In this document: in pieces, positions 26,176 through 36,600 of the stretch
Layout of the letters: the number at the start of each line of letters is the position of its first letter
Position numbering within the stretch: the first letter of the stretch is position 1
Assembly: GCA_014896375.1 (NCBI GenBank)
Contig: JADBKN010000020.1
Location: forward strand, 16,263 to 80,262
Length of the DNA stretch: 64,000 nt
Direction of reading: 5' to 3'
DNA from: Bacillota bacterium
GTDB taxonomy: Bacteria > Bacillota > Sulfobacillia > RBS10-35 > Bu92
Translations under genes and position numbers: made by a program
Notes under the pieces: generated by a model
Told to the model about the DNA's origin: nothing
The model's database searches: none
Seen by the model: the letters and a program-made list of their open reading frames with translations, nothing else

Positions 26176-26202
26176 GGTCCGGAGATATTCGTGAGAAGGG
26201 GA

Positions 26203-26231
26203 TATTATCCTGCCGCGGAGGGTATTGCGAA
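26203..26231 (-). promoter_or_regulatory. sigma-70/SigA-like promoter candidate for the 26.1-15.9 kb cluster
   Basis: Minus strand reads TTCGCA-18 nt-TAATAT in the 110-nt gap after the upstream operon. The -10 lies inside the 10-mer GGATAATATC, which recurs upstream of the nucleotidase gene at 37687..37696. Confidence 0.45.
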
Positions 26232-26249
26232 CGTCCGGCACGGCGGGGC

Positions 26250-26678
26250 TCAGGCCTGGGGTGCCCCGTCCCCCTCGCCCAGGCGGCGCCGGACAAAGGC
26301 CAGCACGGCCTCGCGGTTGCCCGCGAAGCGGAGGAAGACCCCCTTGTGGATGCGGTTGCGCAGCACGGAGGGGTCATAGGCGAGAAGCACCCCGTCCGGG
26401 TACACGGTGTAGCCGATGAAGCGGTCCCACGGCTTCACGCCGGAGGGGAGGACCACACGCACGCTGACGCCCTCATCCGTGAGGGTGTACTCGTTGGGGA
26501 AGAGATAGTGGGCGAGCGGGCTCACCGTGCCGAGCACGGCCACGAGCAGCCCGGCCGGGCCGAGGAGGTAGTGCCCGAAGGCCCATGACACGGCCATGGC
26601 GGCCAGCACTGCCAAGGAGACGAGCGGCCGCTCCATGAAGGGATGCACCGTCCAGCTGAGGCGCTCCGGCGGCTTCAT
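26250..26678 (-). CDS. small membrane protein (two TM segments plus a beta-rich, PH-like C-terminal domain), hypothetical
   Basis: RPLVSLAVLAAMAVSWAFGHYLLGPAGLLVAVLGTV followed by a soluble domain. The ATG overlaps the stop of the asparaginase-II-like gene (ATGA), so it belongs to the upstream operon. Confidence 0.6.
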   Translation of the reverse strand: MKPPERLSWTVHPFMERPLVSLAVLAAMAVSWAFGHYLLGPAGLLVAVLGTVSPLAHYLFPNEYTLTDEGVSVRVVLPSGVKPWDRFIGYTVYPDGVLLAYDPSVLRNRIHKGVFLRFAGNREAVLAFVRRRLGEGDGAPQA

Positions 26679-27678
26679 GGCCGGCCGCCACTGCCTTCCG
26701 CCACGGCGATCTCCCCGACCACGTCGCCGGCCACGTTGCGCAAGGGCGGCCGCCGCCAGCGCGCGAGCGCCTCGGCCTCCTCCGGGCGCAGGAGCCCGAA
26801 GCGCTCAAGGAGAGCCATCGCCGCCGGCGCCTCCGCGCGGCTGCCGCCGTCCTCCACCTTGAGCGCGAAGCCCCAGTCTCCCGTCTCCGGGCCCACGCAG
26901 AGGACGCCGTCCGCCCCGGGCTTGGCCCAGAGCCGCGCGCGCTCCATGAGCTCCACGGGGAAGTGGCCGCGTCCGCGCGTGAGGTGCGGGTGGGCGCGCA
27001 TGGCGGCGATCACGCGCCGCACAGCCGCGCGCTCCTCCTCCGTGAGGGACGCGCCGCCGGCGCTCATTTGCGCGAAGATACTCGCCATCTGGCGCAGGGT
27101 GAAGGCCGGCGCGGGCAGGCCGCAGCCGTCGACGCCGAAGCGCAGCTCGTCCCGCGGCACGCCGGCCGCGCGCGCCGCGAGCTCCAATATGCGCTGCTGG
27201 AGCGGGTGGTCGGGGCGCGCGTAGCCCTCGACGGGCCAGCCGGCTGCGCGGCAGGCGGCCGTCATGAGCGCGTGCTTGCCGGAGCAGTTGCTGTGCAGGA
27301 CCGTGGGACGGCCGCCGGCCAGGCGGCGGCGGGCATCGGAGTCCAGAGGCTCGTGCGCGCCGCAGGTGAGTTCCTCCGGCGAGCCGCCCGTGCGCTCAAG
27401 CAGGCCCGCCACCACGGCGACGTGCTCGTCGCTGCCCACATGCGAGGCGCAGGCCACCGCCAGCTCCTCCGGCCGCACGCCGAAGCGCGCCTCCACCCCG
27501 GCCACGAGGCAGGCCGCCGCCTGGAGCGGCTTAAAGGCGGAGCGCATGAAGGTGAGGAGGTCCGCGTCCCCCGTCGCATGCAGGAGGCGCCCCTCGGCGT
27601 CCACGACGGCCGCGTGCACGCGGTGGCGGGATTCCACGATGCCGCCGCGGCGGACTTCGACGATCAGCGGGCCGCTCA
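26675..27678 (-). CDS. asparaginase II family protein (AnsA/PF06089-like)
   Basis: IVEVRRGGIVESRHRVHAAV...MRSAFKPLQA...LHSNCSGKHALM...KPGADGV. Start set at GTG 27678, overlapping the upstream stop (GTGA). Confidence 0.75.
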
Positions 27679-28446
27679 CCGCGCCGCCTCCGCCGCGCCG
27701 GCGCGGACGGCGTTCTCGCGGGCGCGCGCGGCGGCCGCGGCCACGAACGCCTCGAAGAGCGCCATGAACTGCGGGTGGCGGTCGACAAGCCCTTCCGGAT
27801 GCCACTGGACGCCCAGAATCCACGCCCCGCCCGGCGCCTCGACGGCCTCCACCACGCCGTCCGGCGCCGTCGCCGCGACGACGAGCCCCTCACCCACGCG
27901 CTCGACCGCCTGGTGGTGGAAGGAGTTCACGCCGCGCACGCCCTCTCCCAGGAGGCCGGCGAGGCGCGTGCCCGGCCGGATCTCCACCGTGTGGCCGAGG
28001 TGCCAGCGCGGCCCCTTTTGCGCGTGCTGGATGGCGCCGGGACGCTGCGCGCGCAGGTCCTGCACCAGCGTGCCGCCGAAGGCCACGTTCAGCACCTGGA
28101 TGCCGCGGCAGATGGCGAAGATGGGCAGACCGCGGCGGCGCGCCTCGTCGATCAGTGCGATCTCCGTGAGGTCGCGGTCCGGGTCGACGCTGCCGAGATC
28201 CGGGTGCGGAGCCTCGCCGAAGCGGGCCGGGTCGACGTCCTCGCCGCCGGAGAGCAGAAGGCCGTCCAGCGCGCGCGCCAGGGCGCGCGCCGTGTCCTCG
28301 TCGGCCAGCGGCGGCAGGAGGACGGGGGCGCCGCCCGCCCGCGTCACGGCGGCGACGTACGTCTCGCTCTGCCCTAGGTGCACGCGGCCGCGGGCGTCCA
28401 CGCCGCGCTCCGCGGTGATGCCGATGATGGGCTTCAGCGCGATCAC
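27676..28446 (-). CDS. gamma-glutamyl-GABA hydrolase-like class-I glutamine amidotransferase (peptidase C26)
   Basis: KPIIGITA...LLLSGGEDVDP...PIFAICRGIQVLNVAFGGTLVQDL...VNSFHHQAV...GVQWHPE. Confidence 0.82.
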   Translation of the reverse strand: MIALKPIIGITAERGVDARGRVHLGQSETYVAAVTRAGGAPVLLPPLADEDTARALARALDGLLLSGGEDVDPARFGEAPHPDLGSVDPDRDLTEIALIDEARRRGLPIFAICRGIQVLNVAFGGTLVQDLRAQRPGAIQHAQKGPRWHLGHTVEIRPGTRLAGLLGEGVRGVNSFHHQAVERVGEGLVVAATAPDGVVEAVEAPGGAWILGVQWHPEGLVDRHPQFMALFEAFVAAAAARARENAVRAGAAEAAR

Positions 28447-29666
28447 TCCTCTTCCAAGGCGGCTCCGGTGTAGACCCGAGGCAGCCGTTCATCCAGGGAG
28501 GTCAAGATTTCGTAGGCGATGGTGCCGGCCCACTGGGCGAGGTCGTTCGCGGTCAGCCGCGCCTCTCCCTGCGCGCCGAGGAGCACGACCTCGTCCCCGG
28601 GCGCGGCGGGTGCGGCCAAGGCGGGGGGTGCGGCCACGGCGGCGGGTGCGGCCGCGGCGGCGGGCGCCGGTCCGAGCCCGATCATGAACTGGTCCATGCA
28701 CACGCGGCCGCGCACGGGCCGCTCCACCCCGCCCACGAGCACCCGCCCCACGTTGCTGAACGCCCGCCGGTAGCCGTCCGCGTAGCCCACCGGCACCGTG
28801 CCGATCCATTCGGGCGCGCTCGTCACGTAGGTCGCGCCATAGCTTATGGCTTCGCCCGCGGCCACGGCCTTCACCTGCGCAAGGCGCGCCTTCCAGGCGA
28901 GGGCCGGCTGGAGCGGCGCGGGCGTCGTCACGAAGGGGCTGGGGGCGTACCCGTAGAGGCCGATGCCGAGGCGGACGAGGTCGAAGTGCGCATCCGGGAA
29001 GCGGAAAAGGCCGGCTGTGTTGGCCGCGTGGCGCAGGCCCGGTCGCAGCCCGGCCGCCTCAAGGCGCGCGAGGAAGGCGGAGAAGCGCTCGATCTGACGC
29101 CGCGTAGGCGCCGGATCCTCTTCGTCGGCGCAGGCGAAGTGAGTGAAGGTCCCCTCCCACAGGACGAGCGGCTCGCGCGCCAGCGCCTCCGCCGCGGCGA
29201 GGCCGCGCTCGTCCGGCGGCACGCCCAGCCGGCCCATGCCGGTGTCCACCTTGAGGTGCACGCGCGCCGGCCGGCCGGTCTCGCGCGCCAGGCGGGCCAG
29301 CTCACGTGCCTCCTCCGCGCGGAAGACGGTGAGTGCCACATCGTGCCGGACCGCTTCGCGCGCGAGCTCCGGGGGCGTCCAGCCGAGGATGAGGATGGGT
29401 GCGCGCAGGCCGGCGGCGCGCAACTCCAGCGCCTCCGAGAGCACCGCCACCCCGAGCCAGGCGGCGCCCGCGCGCAGGGCGGCGCGCGCCACGGGCACGG
29501 CGCCGTGGCCGTAGGCATCCGCTTTCACCACGGCCATCAGCTGCGCGCCGGGACGCAGCGCCTGCCGGGCAGTGCGCACGTTGTGGGCGATGGCGTCGAG
29601 GTCGACCTCCACCCAGGCGGGGCGGCCGGGCGCCGGCGCCCCCTCCGCGCGGCGCGGCGACGTCAT
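28443..29666 (-). CDS. alr: alanine racemase
   Basis: AWVEVDLDAIAHNV...MAVVKADAYGHGAV (PLP lysine motif)...VPVGYADGYRR...GRVCMDQ. Start ATG 29666 follows GGGAGGCGG; the 651-aa track ORF is an over-extension. Confidence 0.9.
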   Translation of the reverse strand: MTSPRRAEGAPAPGRPAWVEVDLDAIAHNVRTARQALRPGAQLMAVVKADAYGHGAVPVARAALRAGAAWLGVAVLSEALELRAAGLRAPILILGWTPPELAREAVRHDVALTVFRAEEARELARLARETGRPARVHLKVDTGMGRLGVPPDERGLAAAEALAREPLVLWEGTFTHFACADEEDPAPTRRQIERFSAFLARLEAAGLRPGLRHAANTAGLFRFPDAHFDLVRLGIGLYGYAPSPFVTTPAPLQPALAWKARLAQVKAVAAGEAISYGATYVTSAPEWIGTVPVGYADGYRRAFSNVGRVLVGGVERPVRGRVCMDQFMIGLGPAPAAAAAPAAVAAPPALAAPAAPGDEVVLLGAQGEARLTANDLAQWAGTIAYEILTSLDERLPRVYTGAALEEE

Positions 29667-31252
29667 CGTTCCGCCTCCCGCAGCGCCGCGGCCAGGTGGC
29701 GCACCAGTTCTCCGGCCGTCAAGGCGCGCCGCCCGAGGCGCGCCGCGGCCAAGTCTCCGGCGCGGCCGTGCAGCCACACGGCGGCGGCCAGGAGCTCCGG
29801 CGCGCGGCGCCCGTCCAGTTGCCCCGCGGCCGCCGCCTGCGCCCAGAGGCCGGCGGTGAGGCCCGCCAGCACATCGCCGGCGCCGGCCGTGGCCAGGCCG
29901 TCGTTGCCCGTGAGGTTCACCCAGGCGCGGCCGTCCGGAGCGCCGGTGAGCGAGCCGGCCCCCTTCAGCACGACGGCCGCACCGCTCGCCGCCACGGCGC
30001 GATGCAGGGCGGCGAGCCGGTCGGCCTCCACTGCCTCCGGCGTGAGGCCGAGAAGGCGCGCGAGCTCCCCCGCGTGCGGCGTGAGCGCCACGGGCGCCTC
30101 GCGACGGCGGAGGGCCGCCGCCTCGACGAGGGCGAGGGCGTCGGCGTCCAGCACCAGCGGGCCCCGGAAGGCGCTCAGGAAGTGTGCTAGGGCGGCCGCC
30201 GCCCCCGGGGCCCGCCCCAGACCCGGCCCGGCGAGCACCACGTCTGCCCGCCCGGCGAGCGCCGCCGCCGCTTCGCCCGCCTCCGCCGCCAGGCCGCCGG
30301 AGGCGTCGGCCGGCGCGGGGTGCACCAGCGCCTCCGGCACGAGCGCCGCGACGATCGGCCACACGGGCTCCGGCACGAGCACCTCGACCAGCCCGCAACC
30401 CGCGCGCAGGGCGGCGCGCGCCGCGAGCGCCGCCGCCCCGGACATGCCCGTGGCGCCCGCCAGGATGAACACGCGCCCGAACGTGCCCTTGTGCCCGGTG
30501 GGCCGGCGCTGCGGCAGCGCCCCGGCCGCCTCCTTAAGCCCCCATGCGGTGATGGGATGGAAAGGCGCCGTGGCGCGCACCTCCTCCGCCTCATAGGCGG
30601 CGTCCGGAATGCCGATGTCCGCCACGCGCACGCGTCCCGCCCGCCAGTGGTCCGGCCCCGTGAGGCAGCCCAGCTTCGCCGCGCCCAGCGCGACCGTCTC
30701 CACGGCCGCGACGGCCGCGCCCGCCGCCCGGCCCGTGTCGGCATCGAGGCCGGAGGGCACATCGACTGCGATCACCGGCCGCCCGGCCGCCTCCAGCGCG
30801 CCGATGACGGCCTCCACGGGCGGCCGCGGCGCGCCGCGGACGCCGGTGCCCAATAGCGCGTCGACGACCACGTCCGCCGCCTGCGCGCGCGCCGCCAGGG
30901 CGCGCGCATCCGGCTGCGGCTGCGCCTCCACGGCGCAGCCCGCCGCCCTGGCCGCCTCCCAGTAGAGGCGCGCGGCCGGCGCCAGCGCCTCCGGCTCCGC
31001 GCAGACCACGGCCTCCACCTCGGCGCCCCAGTTCGCCAGCGCGAGCGCCGCCACGAGGCCGTCGCCGCCGTTGTTCCCCCGGCCGCAGACGACGAGCACG
31101 CGCCCCGGCCAGCGCCCTCGCCGCCGCAGCCAGAGCCGCGCCGCGGCCGCCACCGCACGCCCCGCCGCGTACATGAGCGCCGTCTCGGGCAGGCCGCCGG
31201 AGATGGCCCAGGCGTCGGCGGCGCGCATCGTCGTGCCCGTGACGACCCTCAC
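29663..31252 (-). CDS. nnr: bifunctional NAD(P)H-hydrate repair enzyme (epimerase / ADP-dependent dehydratase)
   Basis: VLVVCGRGNNGGDGLVAA (YjeF-N) plus a C-terminal carbohydrate-kinase-like half: HKGTFGRVFILAGATGMSGAAAL...TAGAGDVLAG. Confidence 0.88.
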   Translation of the reverse strand: MRVVTGTTMRAADAWAISGGLPETALMYAAGRAVAAAARLWLRRRGRWPGRVLVVCGRGNNGGDGLVAALALANWGAEVEAVVCAEPEALAPAARLYWEAARAAGCAVEAQPQPDARALAARAQAADVVVDALLGTGVRGAPRPPVEAVIGALEAAGRPVIAVDVPSGLDADTGRAAGAAVAAVETVALGAAKLGCLTGPDHWRAGRVRVADIGIPDAAYEAEEVRATAPFHPITAWGLKEAAGALPQRRPTGHKGTFGRVFILAGATGMSGAAALAARAALRAGCGLVEVLVPEPVWPIVAALVPEALVHPAPADASGGLAAEAGEAAAALAGRADVVLAGPGLGRAPGAAAALAHFLSAFRGPLVLDADALALVEAAALRRREAPVALTPHAGELARLLGLTPEAVEADRLAALHRAVAASGAAVVLKGAGSLTGAPDGRAWVNLTGNDGLATAGAGDVLAGLTAGLWAQAAAAGQLDGRRAPELLAAAVWLHGRAGDLAAARLGRRALTAGELVRHLAAALREAER

Positions 31253-31638
31253 GGCGCCTCCCCCTCCGCGATCACCTGCGCGACGGCGTAAGATCCCAGG
31301 TGGCTGATGCTGACGTGGAAGCGCGCCGCCCCGACGGCGCGCGCGCGCGCCGCCGCGCGCCCGAAGAGGCGCAGCTCGGGCTTGCCCAAGGCGTCGCGCA
31401 CGACCTCCACCTCCCGCCAGGCCATGCGGCGCAGCCCCGTGCCGAGGCTCTTGAGGGCGGCTTCCTTGGCCGCAAACGTGCCGGCCAGCCGCTCGGCGGC
31501 GTGCGCCCCGCCCGCCGCGCGCCGCTCCGCCTCGGTGAAGAGGCGGCGCAGGGCGGCCTCGCCCCGGCGCTGGAGGAGGCGGCGGAAGCGGTCGACGTCG
31601 ACCAGGTCGATGCCGGTCCCCACGATGATCGCGATCAC
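31249..31638 (-). CDS. acpS: holo-[acyl-carrier-protein] synthase
   Basis: [14 protein letters not shown]...[14 protein letters not shown]...[14 protein letters not shown]...ISISH. Confidence 0.9.
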   Translation of the reverse strand: MIAIIVGTGIDLVDVDRFRRLLQRRGEAALRRLFTEAERRAAGGAHAAERLAGTFAAKEAALKSLGTGLRRMAWREVEVVRDALGKPELRLFGRAAARARAVGAARFHVSISHLGSYAVAQVIAEGEAP

Positions 31639-31754
31639 GTTCTCCCGGAAGGCATGGTTTTCACCGCCATCATAGCGATTCCGTGGTATGCTTTGAACGA
31701 GCGAAATCCGAGCACGCTACAAGGAAATGGCGGCGCCGCCGCCCAGAGGGAGCG

Positions 31755-33158
31755 ATGGGCATGGCCAAGGAACTCGGCCTGGACCTTGAGTACAAATACG
31801 GCTTCCACGACCCGGAAAACTACACGTTCAAGAGCCGCAAGGGCCTCGACCGCCGCGTGGTCGAGGAGATCTCCTGGATGAAGAACGAGCCGGACTGGAT
31901 GCGGGAGTTCCGGCTGAAGTCCCTTGAGATCTTCCTGAAGAAGCCGCTCCCCACATGGGGCGGCGACCTCTCCGGGCTCAACTTCGACGACATGTACTAC
32001 TACGTCAAGGCCACGGAGAAGAAGGGGCGCAGCTGGGACGAGGTCCCCGAGACGATCAAGAAGACCTTCGACCGCCTGGGCATCCCGGAGGCGGAGCGCA
32101 AGTTCCTCGCCGGCGTGGCCGCGCAGTATGAGTCGGAGGTCGTCTACCACAAGATCCGCGAGGACCTGGAGCGCCAGGGCGTGATCTTCGTCGACACGGA
32201 CACCGCCGTGCGCGAGTATCCGGACCTCGTGAAGGAGTACTTCGGCACCGTCGTGCCGCCTTCGGACAACAAGTTTGCGGCGCTCAACAGCGCCGTCTGG
32301 TCCGGCGGCTCGTTCATCTACGTGCCGAAGGGCGTGCGCGTGGAGATCCCGCTGCAGGCCTACTTCCGCATCAACACGGAGAACATGGGCCAGTTCGAGC
32401 GCACGCTCATCATCGTCGACGAGGGCGCGTTCGTGCACTACGTGGAGGGCTGCACCGCGCCGACGTACTCCTCGGCCTCGCTGCACAGCGCCGTCGTGGA
32501 GATCATCGTCAAAAAGGGCGGGCGCTGCCGCTACACGACGATCCAGAACTGGTCGACGAACGTCTACAACCTCGTGACCAAGCGCGCCATCGCGCATGAG
32601 GAAGCCACCATGGAGTGGATCGACGGCAACCTCGGCTCGAAGCTGACGATGAAGTACCCGTCGGTGTTCCTCGTCGGCCGCAAGGCGAAGGGCGAGGTGC
32701 TGTCGATCGCGCTCGCCAATAAGGGCCAGCACCAGGACGCCGGGGCGAAGATGGTGCACTCCGCCCCTGAGACGAGCTCCACGATCACGTCGAAGTCGAT
32801 CAGCCTCGGCGGCGGGCGCACGACGTACCGCGGCCTCGTGCGCGTGCCGAAGACGTCTTACGGCTGCAAGTCGCGCGTGGAGTGCGACGCGCTCATCCTC
32901 GACGACCTCTCCGCCTCGGACACGATCCCGTACATGGAGATCGAGGCGGACGACGTCACCATGGAGCATGAGGCGACCGTCTCCAAGATCAGCGACGAGC
33001 AGCTCTTCTACCTCATGAGCCGCGGCATCAAGGAGGAGCAGGCGGCGAAGATGATCGTGCAGGGCTTCGTGGAGCCGTTCCGCAAGGCCCTGCCGATGGA
33101 GTACGCGATCGAGCTGAACCGCCTGATCGAGCTGGAGATGGAGGGCTCGGTGGGCTAG
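31755..33158 (+). CDS. sufB: Fe-S cluster assembly protein SufB
   Basis: [19 protein letters not shown]...[13 protein letters not shown]...[28 protein letters not shown]...[20 protein letters not shown]. Start set at ATG 31755, after AGAGGGAG. Confidence 0.93.
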   Translation: MGMAKELGLDLEYKYGFHDPENYTFKSRKGLDRRVVEEISWMKNEPDWMREFRLKSLEIFLKKPLPTWGGDLSGLNFDDMYYYVKATEKKGRSWDEVPETIKKTFDRLGIPEAERKFLAGVAAQYESEVVYHKIREDLERQGVIFVDTDTAVREYPDLVKEYFGTVVPPSDNKFAALNSAVWSGGSFIYVPKGVRVEIPLQAYFRINTENMGQFERTLIIVDEGAFVHYVEGCTAPTYSSASLHSAVVEIIVKKGGRCRYTTIQNWSTNVYNLVTKRAIAHEEATMEWIDGNLGSKLTMKYPSVFLVGRKAKGEVLSIALANKGQHQDAGAKMVHSAPETSSTITSKSISLGGGRTTYRGLVRVPKTSYGCKSRVECDALILDDLSASDTIPYMEIEADDVTMEHEATVSKISDEQLFYLMSRGIKEEQAAKMIVQGFVEPFRKALPMEYAIELNRLIELEMEGSVG

Positions 33159-33311
33159 CCTGCGGGGGCGCGCGGCGCGGGCCCGGGGGCGGGCGGGAGC
33201 GGGCGGCGCGCGGGCGGCCGCACTGCAGAAGGAGTGGGTGCCACGCGGCCCTGTGGAGGGCGCGGCCGGCCGCCCTGCCGCCCGCAGCCGGCGTTCAGCA
33301 GAGCCGGTGGT

Positions 33312-33350
33312 GGCCGTGGCGGCGATCTCGCCGCCACGGCCGACATTTTG
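33312..33350 (+). terminator. long perfect hairpin followed by TTTT (possible sufB terminator)
   Basis: GGCCGTGGCGGCGA/TCGCCGCCACGGCC inverted repeat, then GACATTTTGG. It lies about 150 nt downstream of the sufB stop. Confidence 0.45.
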
Positions 33351-33644
33351 GGGTACGGAGCCGACGGTCGGGCGTGGGCGGGCGTGCGCATCCGGAGCCG
33401 ATGTCCGCCGCACAGCGCACGATGCTGAGCTCCCGGCTGCGCCGGCAGCGACCACACCCTGAGACGCTGTGCCGTGCACACGGCCGCTCGGGTGCCCTGT
33501 GACCGCGTCGCGCGCCAAACGCGCGCGGAGGCGGCCCAAGGGGTCCGCCTCCGCAAGGCATGTGACGCGCTCGCGCCGCCCGCGCCCGCTTGCCGCTGCC
33601 CGGCTACTGCCCGAGGGCTAACGCCCCAGGGCTCCCGCACAGGA

Positions 33645-36600
33645 CTACCGCCCCAGCACCGTGATGCGGTTCTGCAGCGTGTAGCGGATCGGCTGCGGCA
33701 GGCTCTTCAGGTAGGCGATGAACACGTCCGAGTCGATGATGCCGGTGTCGACCTTGCGCTCGGTCGGGATCGACTTCAAGGTGTTGAAGTCGTCGCCGCC
33801 GGCCGCCATGAAGTTGTTGACCACCACGGTGTAGGTCGCGTTCGGATCGACCGGCGTGCCGTCCGCCAGCTTCACGTCCGACACGCGCTGGCCCTTGGGC
33901 TTCGACCAGTCCCACGTGAACGTGATGCCGCTCACCTGTAGCGGGCCGTGGCCGCCCTTCTGATTCAGCTCCTCAAGGACGAAGTTGTTCACGCCTTCCT
34001 CGAGCGTCTGGATCAGCTCCTGGCCGGTCATCTGCACCTTGACCAGGGTGTTGCCGAATGGCTGCACGGAGTAGGCGTCGCCCCACTTCACGGGACCGGC
34101 CGCGAGGTCCGCGCGGATGCCGCCGCCGTTCGTGAGGGCGATCTGTGCGCCGCTCACGGCCTGCAGCTGGGCGTCCGTGATCAGGTCGCCGAGCACCTCC
34201 TCACCGGCCGGCGAGGGCGTGCGGGTGAGGTCGCCGGCGAGCGTCGCGATCACCTGGTCCTTCTTCGGACCGATGACCGCCTCCCACTTGGCGACGAGGT
34301 CGTCGACGTCCGGGTTCGGCGCGAGCTGCAAGCTCGGGTGCACCACCTGCGGCACGGCGCGGATCACCCGGTGCGCGTTCGTGTCGTAGTAGAGGTCGAT
34401 GCGGGCGTACGCGTGCCCATAGTAGCTGCCCTGGACCACGGGCACCGGCCCGAACGGGCTCTGCACGAAGCCGGCCACGTCATCATGCGTGTGGCCCGTG
34501 ATCGCCGCGTCCACGGGCGCGTGGATCCGCTTCAGCACGTCCGCGATCTCGTTCGTGATCTCATGCGTGTCGCCGTCCGTCCAGGTGCCCTCCTGGTCGG
34601 AGGAGAGGTGCGAGACGACGACGACGAGATCGGCGCCCTGCGCCCGCAGCTGCGGGGCGAGCTCGTCGATGATCGGCGCCGGGTCGCGGAACTCGAGGCC
34701 CTCGATGTTCTGCGGGAGCACGATCGACTTCGTCAGCGGCGTGGCGAAGCCGATGAGTCCGATCTTCAACCCGTCGACCTCGATCATCTGCGTGGGCTTC
34801 GCCCAGTCGGGCCGCTGGCCCGTCTTCTCGTCGAAGATGTTGGCCGCGACGTAGGTGAACTTCGCGTCCGCCATGCGGTCGAGCAGGACCGGCACGCCCC
34901 AGTCGAACTCGTGGTTGCCGATGGCCGAGACGCGCAGCCCCACCTGGTTGAACCAGTCGTTGACGGCCTGGCCCTGCGTGAGGTTCGAGATCACGGTGCC
35001 CTGGTAGTTGTCGCCGCCGTCGAGCAGCAAATAGCCCTCGGGGTTGCGCAGCGCCTCGCCAAGGAAGGCCGTCGTCAGGCGGGCTGCGCCGAGCTCGCCG
35101 CGCTTGGCGCTGTACTCGATGTGGCCGTGCAGGTCATTGAAGGAGACGAGGCTCAGCTTCTTCACACCTGGCGCCGGCGCCTCCGGCACGGAGGTGTCGA
35201 TCACCTTCGCCGCCTCGCCCCGCAGGATGGCCGCGCGCGGCCGCAGCGTGCCGTCCGCATAGCCGGCGAGCACCGCGTGGAGCGTGGCGAAGGCCACCGC
35301 CTGCTGCGCGTAGGCGTCGATCTGCGCCTTGTCGGCGTAGTGGTCCAGCACGCGCAGGTCCTGGCCCGCCAGCCCGGCCGGACCGGCGACCGCGCGCACG
35401 ACCATGAGCGCGGCGTCCTCCCGCGTGATCGGGTCATCCGGACGGAACTCGGACGCGCTTACGCCCTTCGTGATGCCGAGCTGCACACCCAAGTCCACGT
35501 AGGCCTCCGCCCAGTGGCCCTTCACGTCCGCGAAAGCCGGCTGCGCTGACGGCGCGCCCGCCGGCTCCTTGCCCAGCGCGCGCTCAAGAAGCGCGAGGAA
35601 CTCCGCGCGCGTGACCGGCCGGTTCAGCAGCAGGCGGCCCTGCGGGTCGCCGCGCAGGACCTCGCGGTCGACGAGGTCGTACGCGTATGGCGCCGCCCAG
35701 TGGGCGAGGTAGGTGGGCGCGAGGCGCCAGTTCTTGTCCGCGACAGGCGCGATCGTGCCCTTGCTGCGGATGTAGTCGATGATCAGCTGGCGGCTCTCAT
35801 CCGTGGTGTCGACGACGCGCACGGCCGTGTCGCCCGTGGCCGGGAAGCCGCCGCCGCCGCCGGCGCGATAGTTGTTCGTGGCCAGCACGAACTTCATGTC
35901 CTCCGCGACCGGCTGGCCGTTGTACGTGAGGTTCACGACCCTCTGGCCCACGGGCTTCGTGATGTCGATCTCATACTGCAGGCTGCCGGGCGCTTCGCCG
36001 TCGATCTGGTCGAAGTTGTAGCCCGGGAAGGTCGGGTTGAGGATGGGCTGGTCGCCCGCGCCGGGCTTCACCTGCAGGAAGTTCTCGGCGCTGTGCTCAA
36101 GCCACGCCTTGAGGTCCTTGCCCGTGATCTCCACGGCCTTCAGGGTGTTGTCGTAGATGTAGAGCGAGGCCACGTCGGCGATGCTCACGTCCCCGGCGGG
36201 GATGTTCGTGTAGTCGCTCGGGCCGCCGCGGCCGGCGCGGAAGGGCGCCGCCGCGGAGAGCACGGGCAGGCCCTCCCACTGCGTGCCCTTGATCGCTTCC
36301 TTGACCTTCTCGATCTGCACCTCGTTGATGAGCTGGATCGCCGCTGTGTCCGTCAGCCGCGCCGACATGGTGGTGAGCGGCGTCAGCGTCTTGCCGATGG
36401 GGCTCGTGACGTACTGGACCGTCTTCTCGTGCGCGTCCTTCGCGAGGTCGAGGATCTCCGGGTCCGGCGGCGTGTCCGTGGTGGTGGCGATGAGCCAGCC
36501 GGCCTTGTCGACGACCTTCCAGCCGCTCGGCGTCTTGTCGAGGGCGAGGTCGGCGATGGCGAGGTGGTTCCCCCAGTACCCGGGCTGCACGATCACCGTG

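Noticed and set aside
31635-33539. 634-aa minus-strand ORF
   Set aside because: Antisense to sufB, which is unmistakable, and it has shadow composition.
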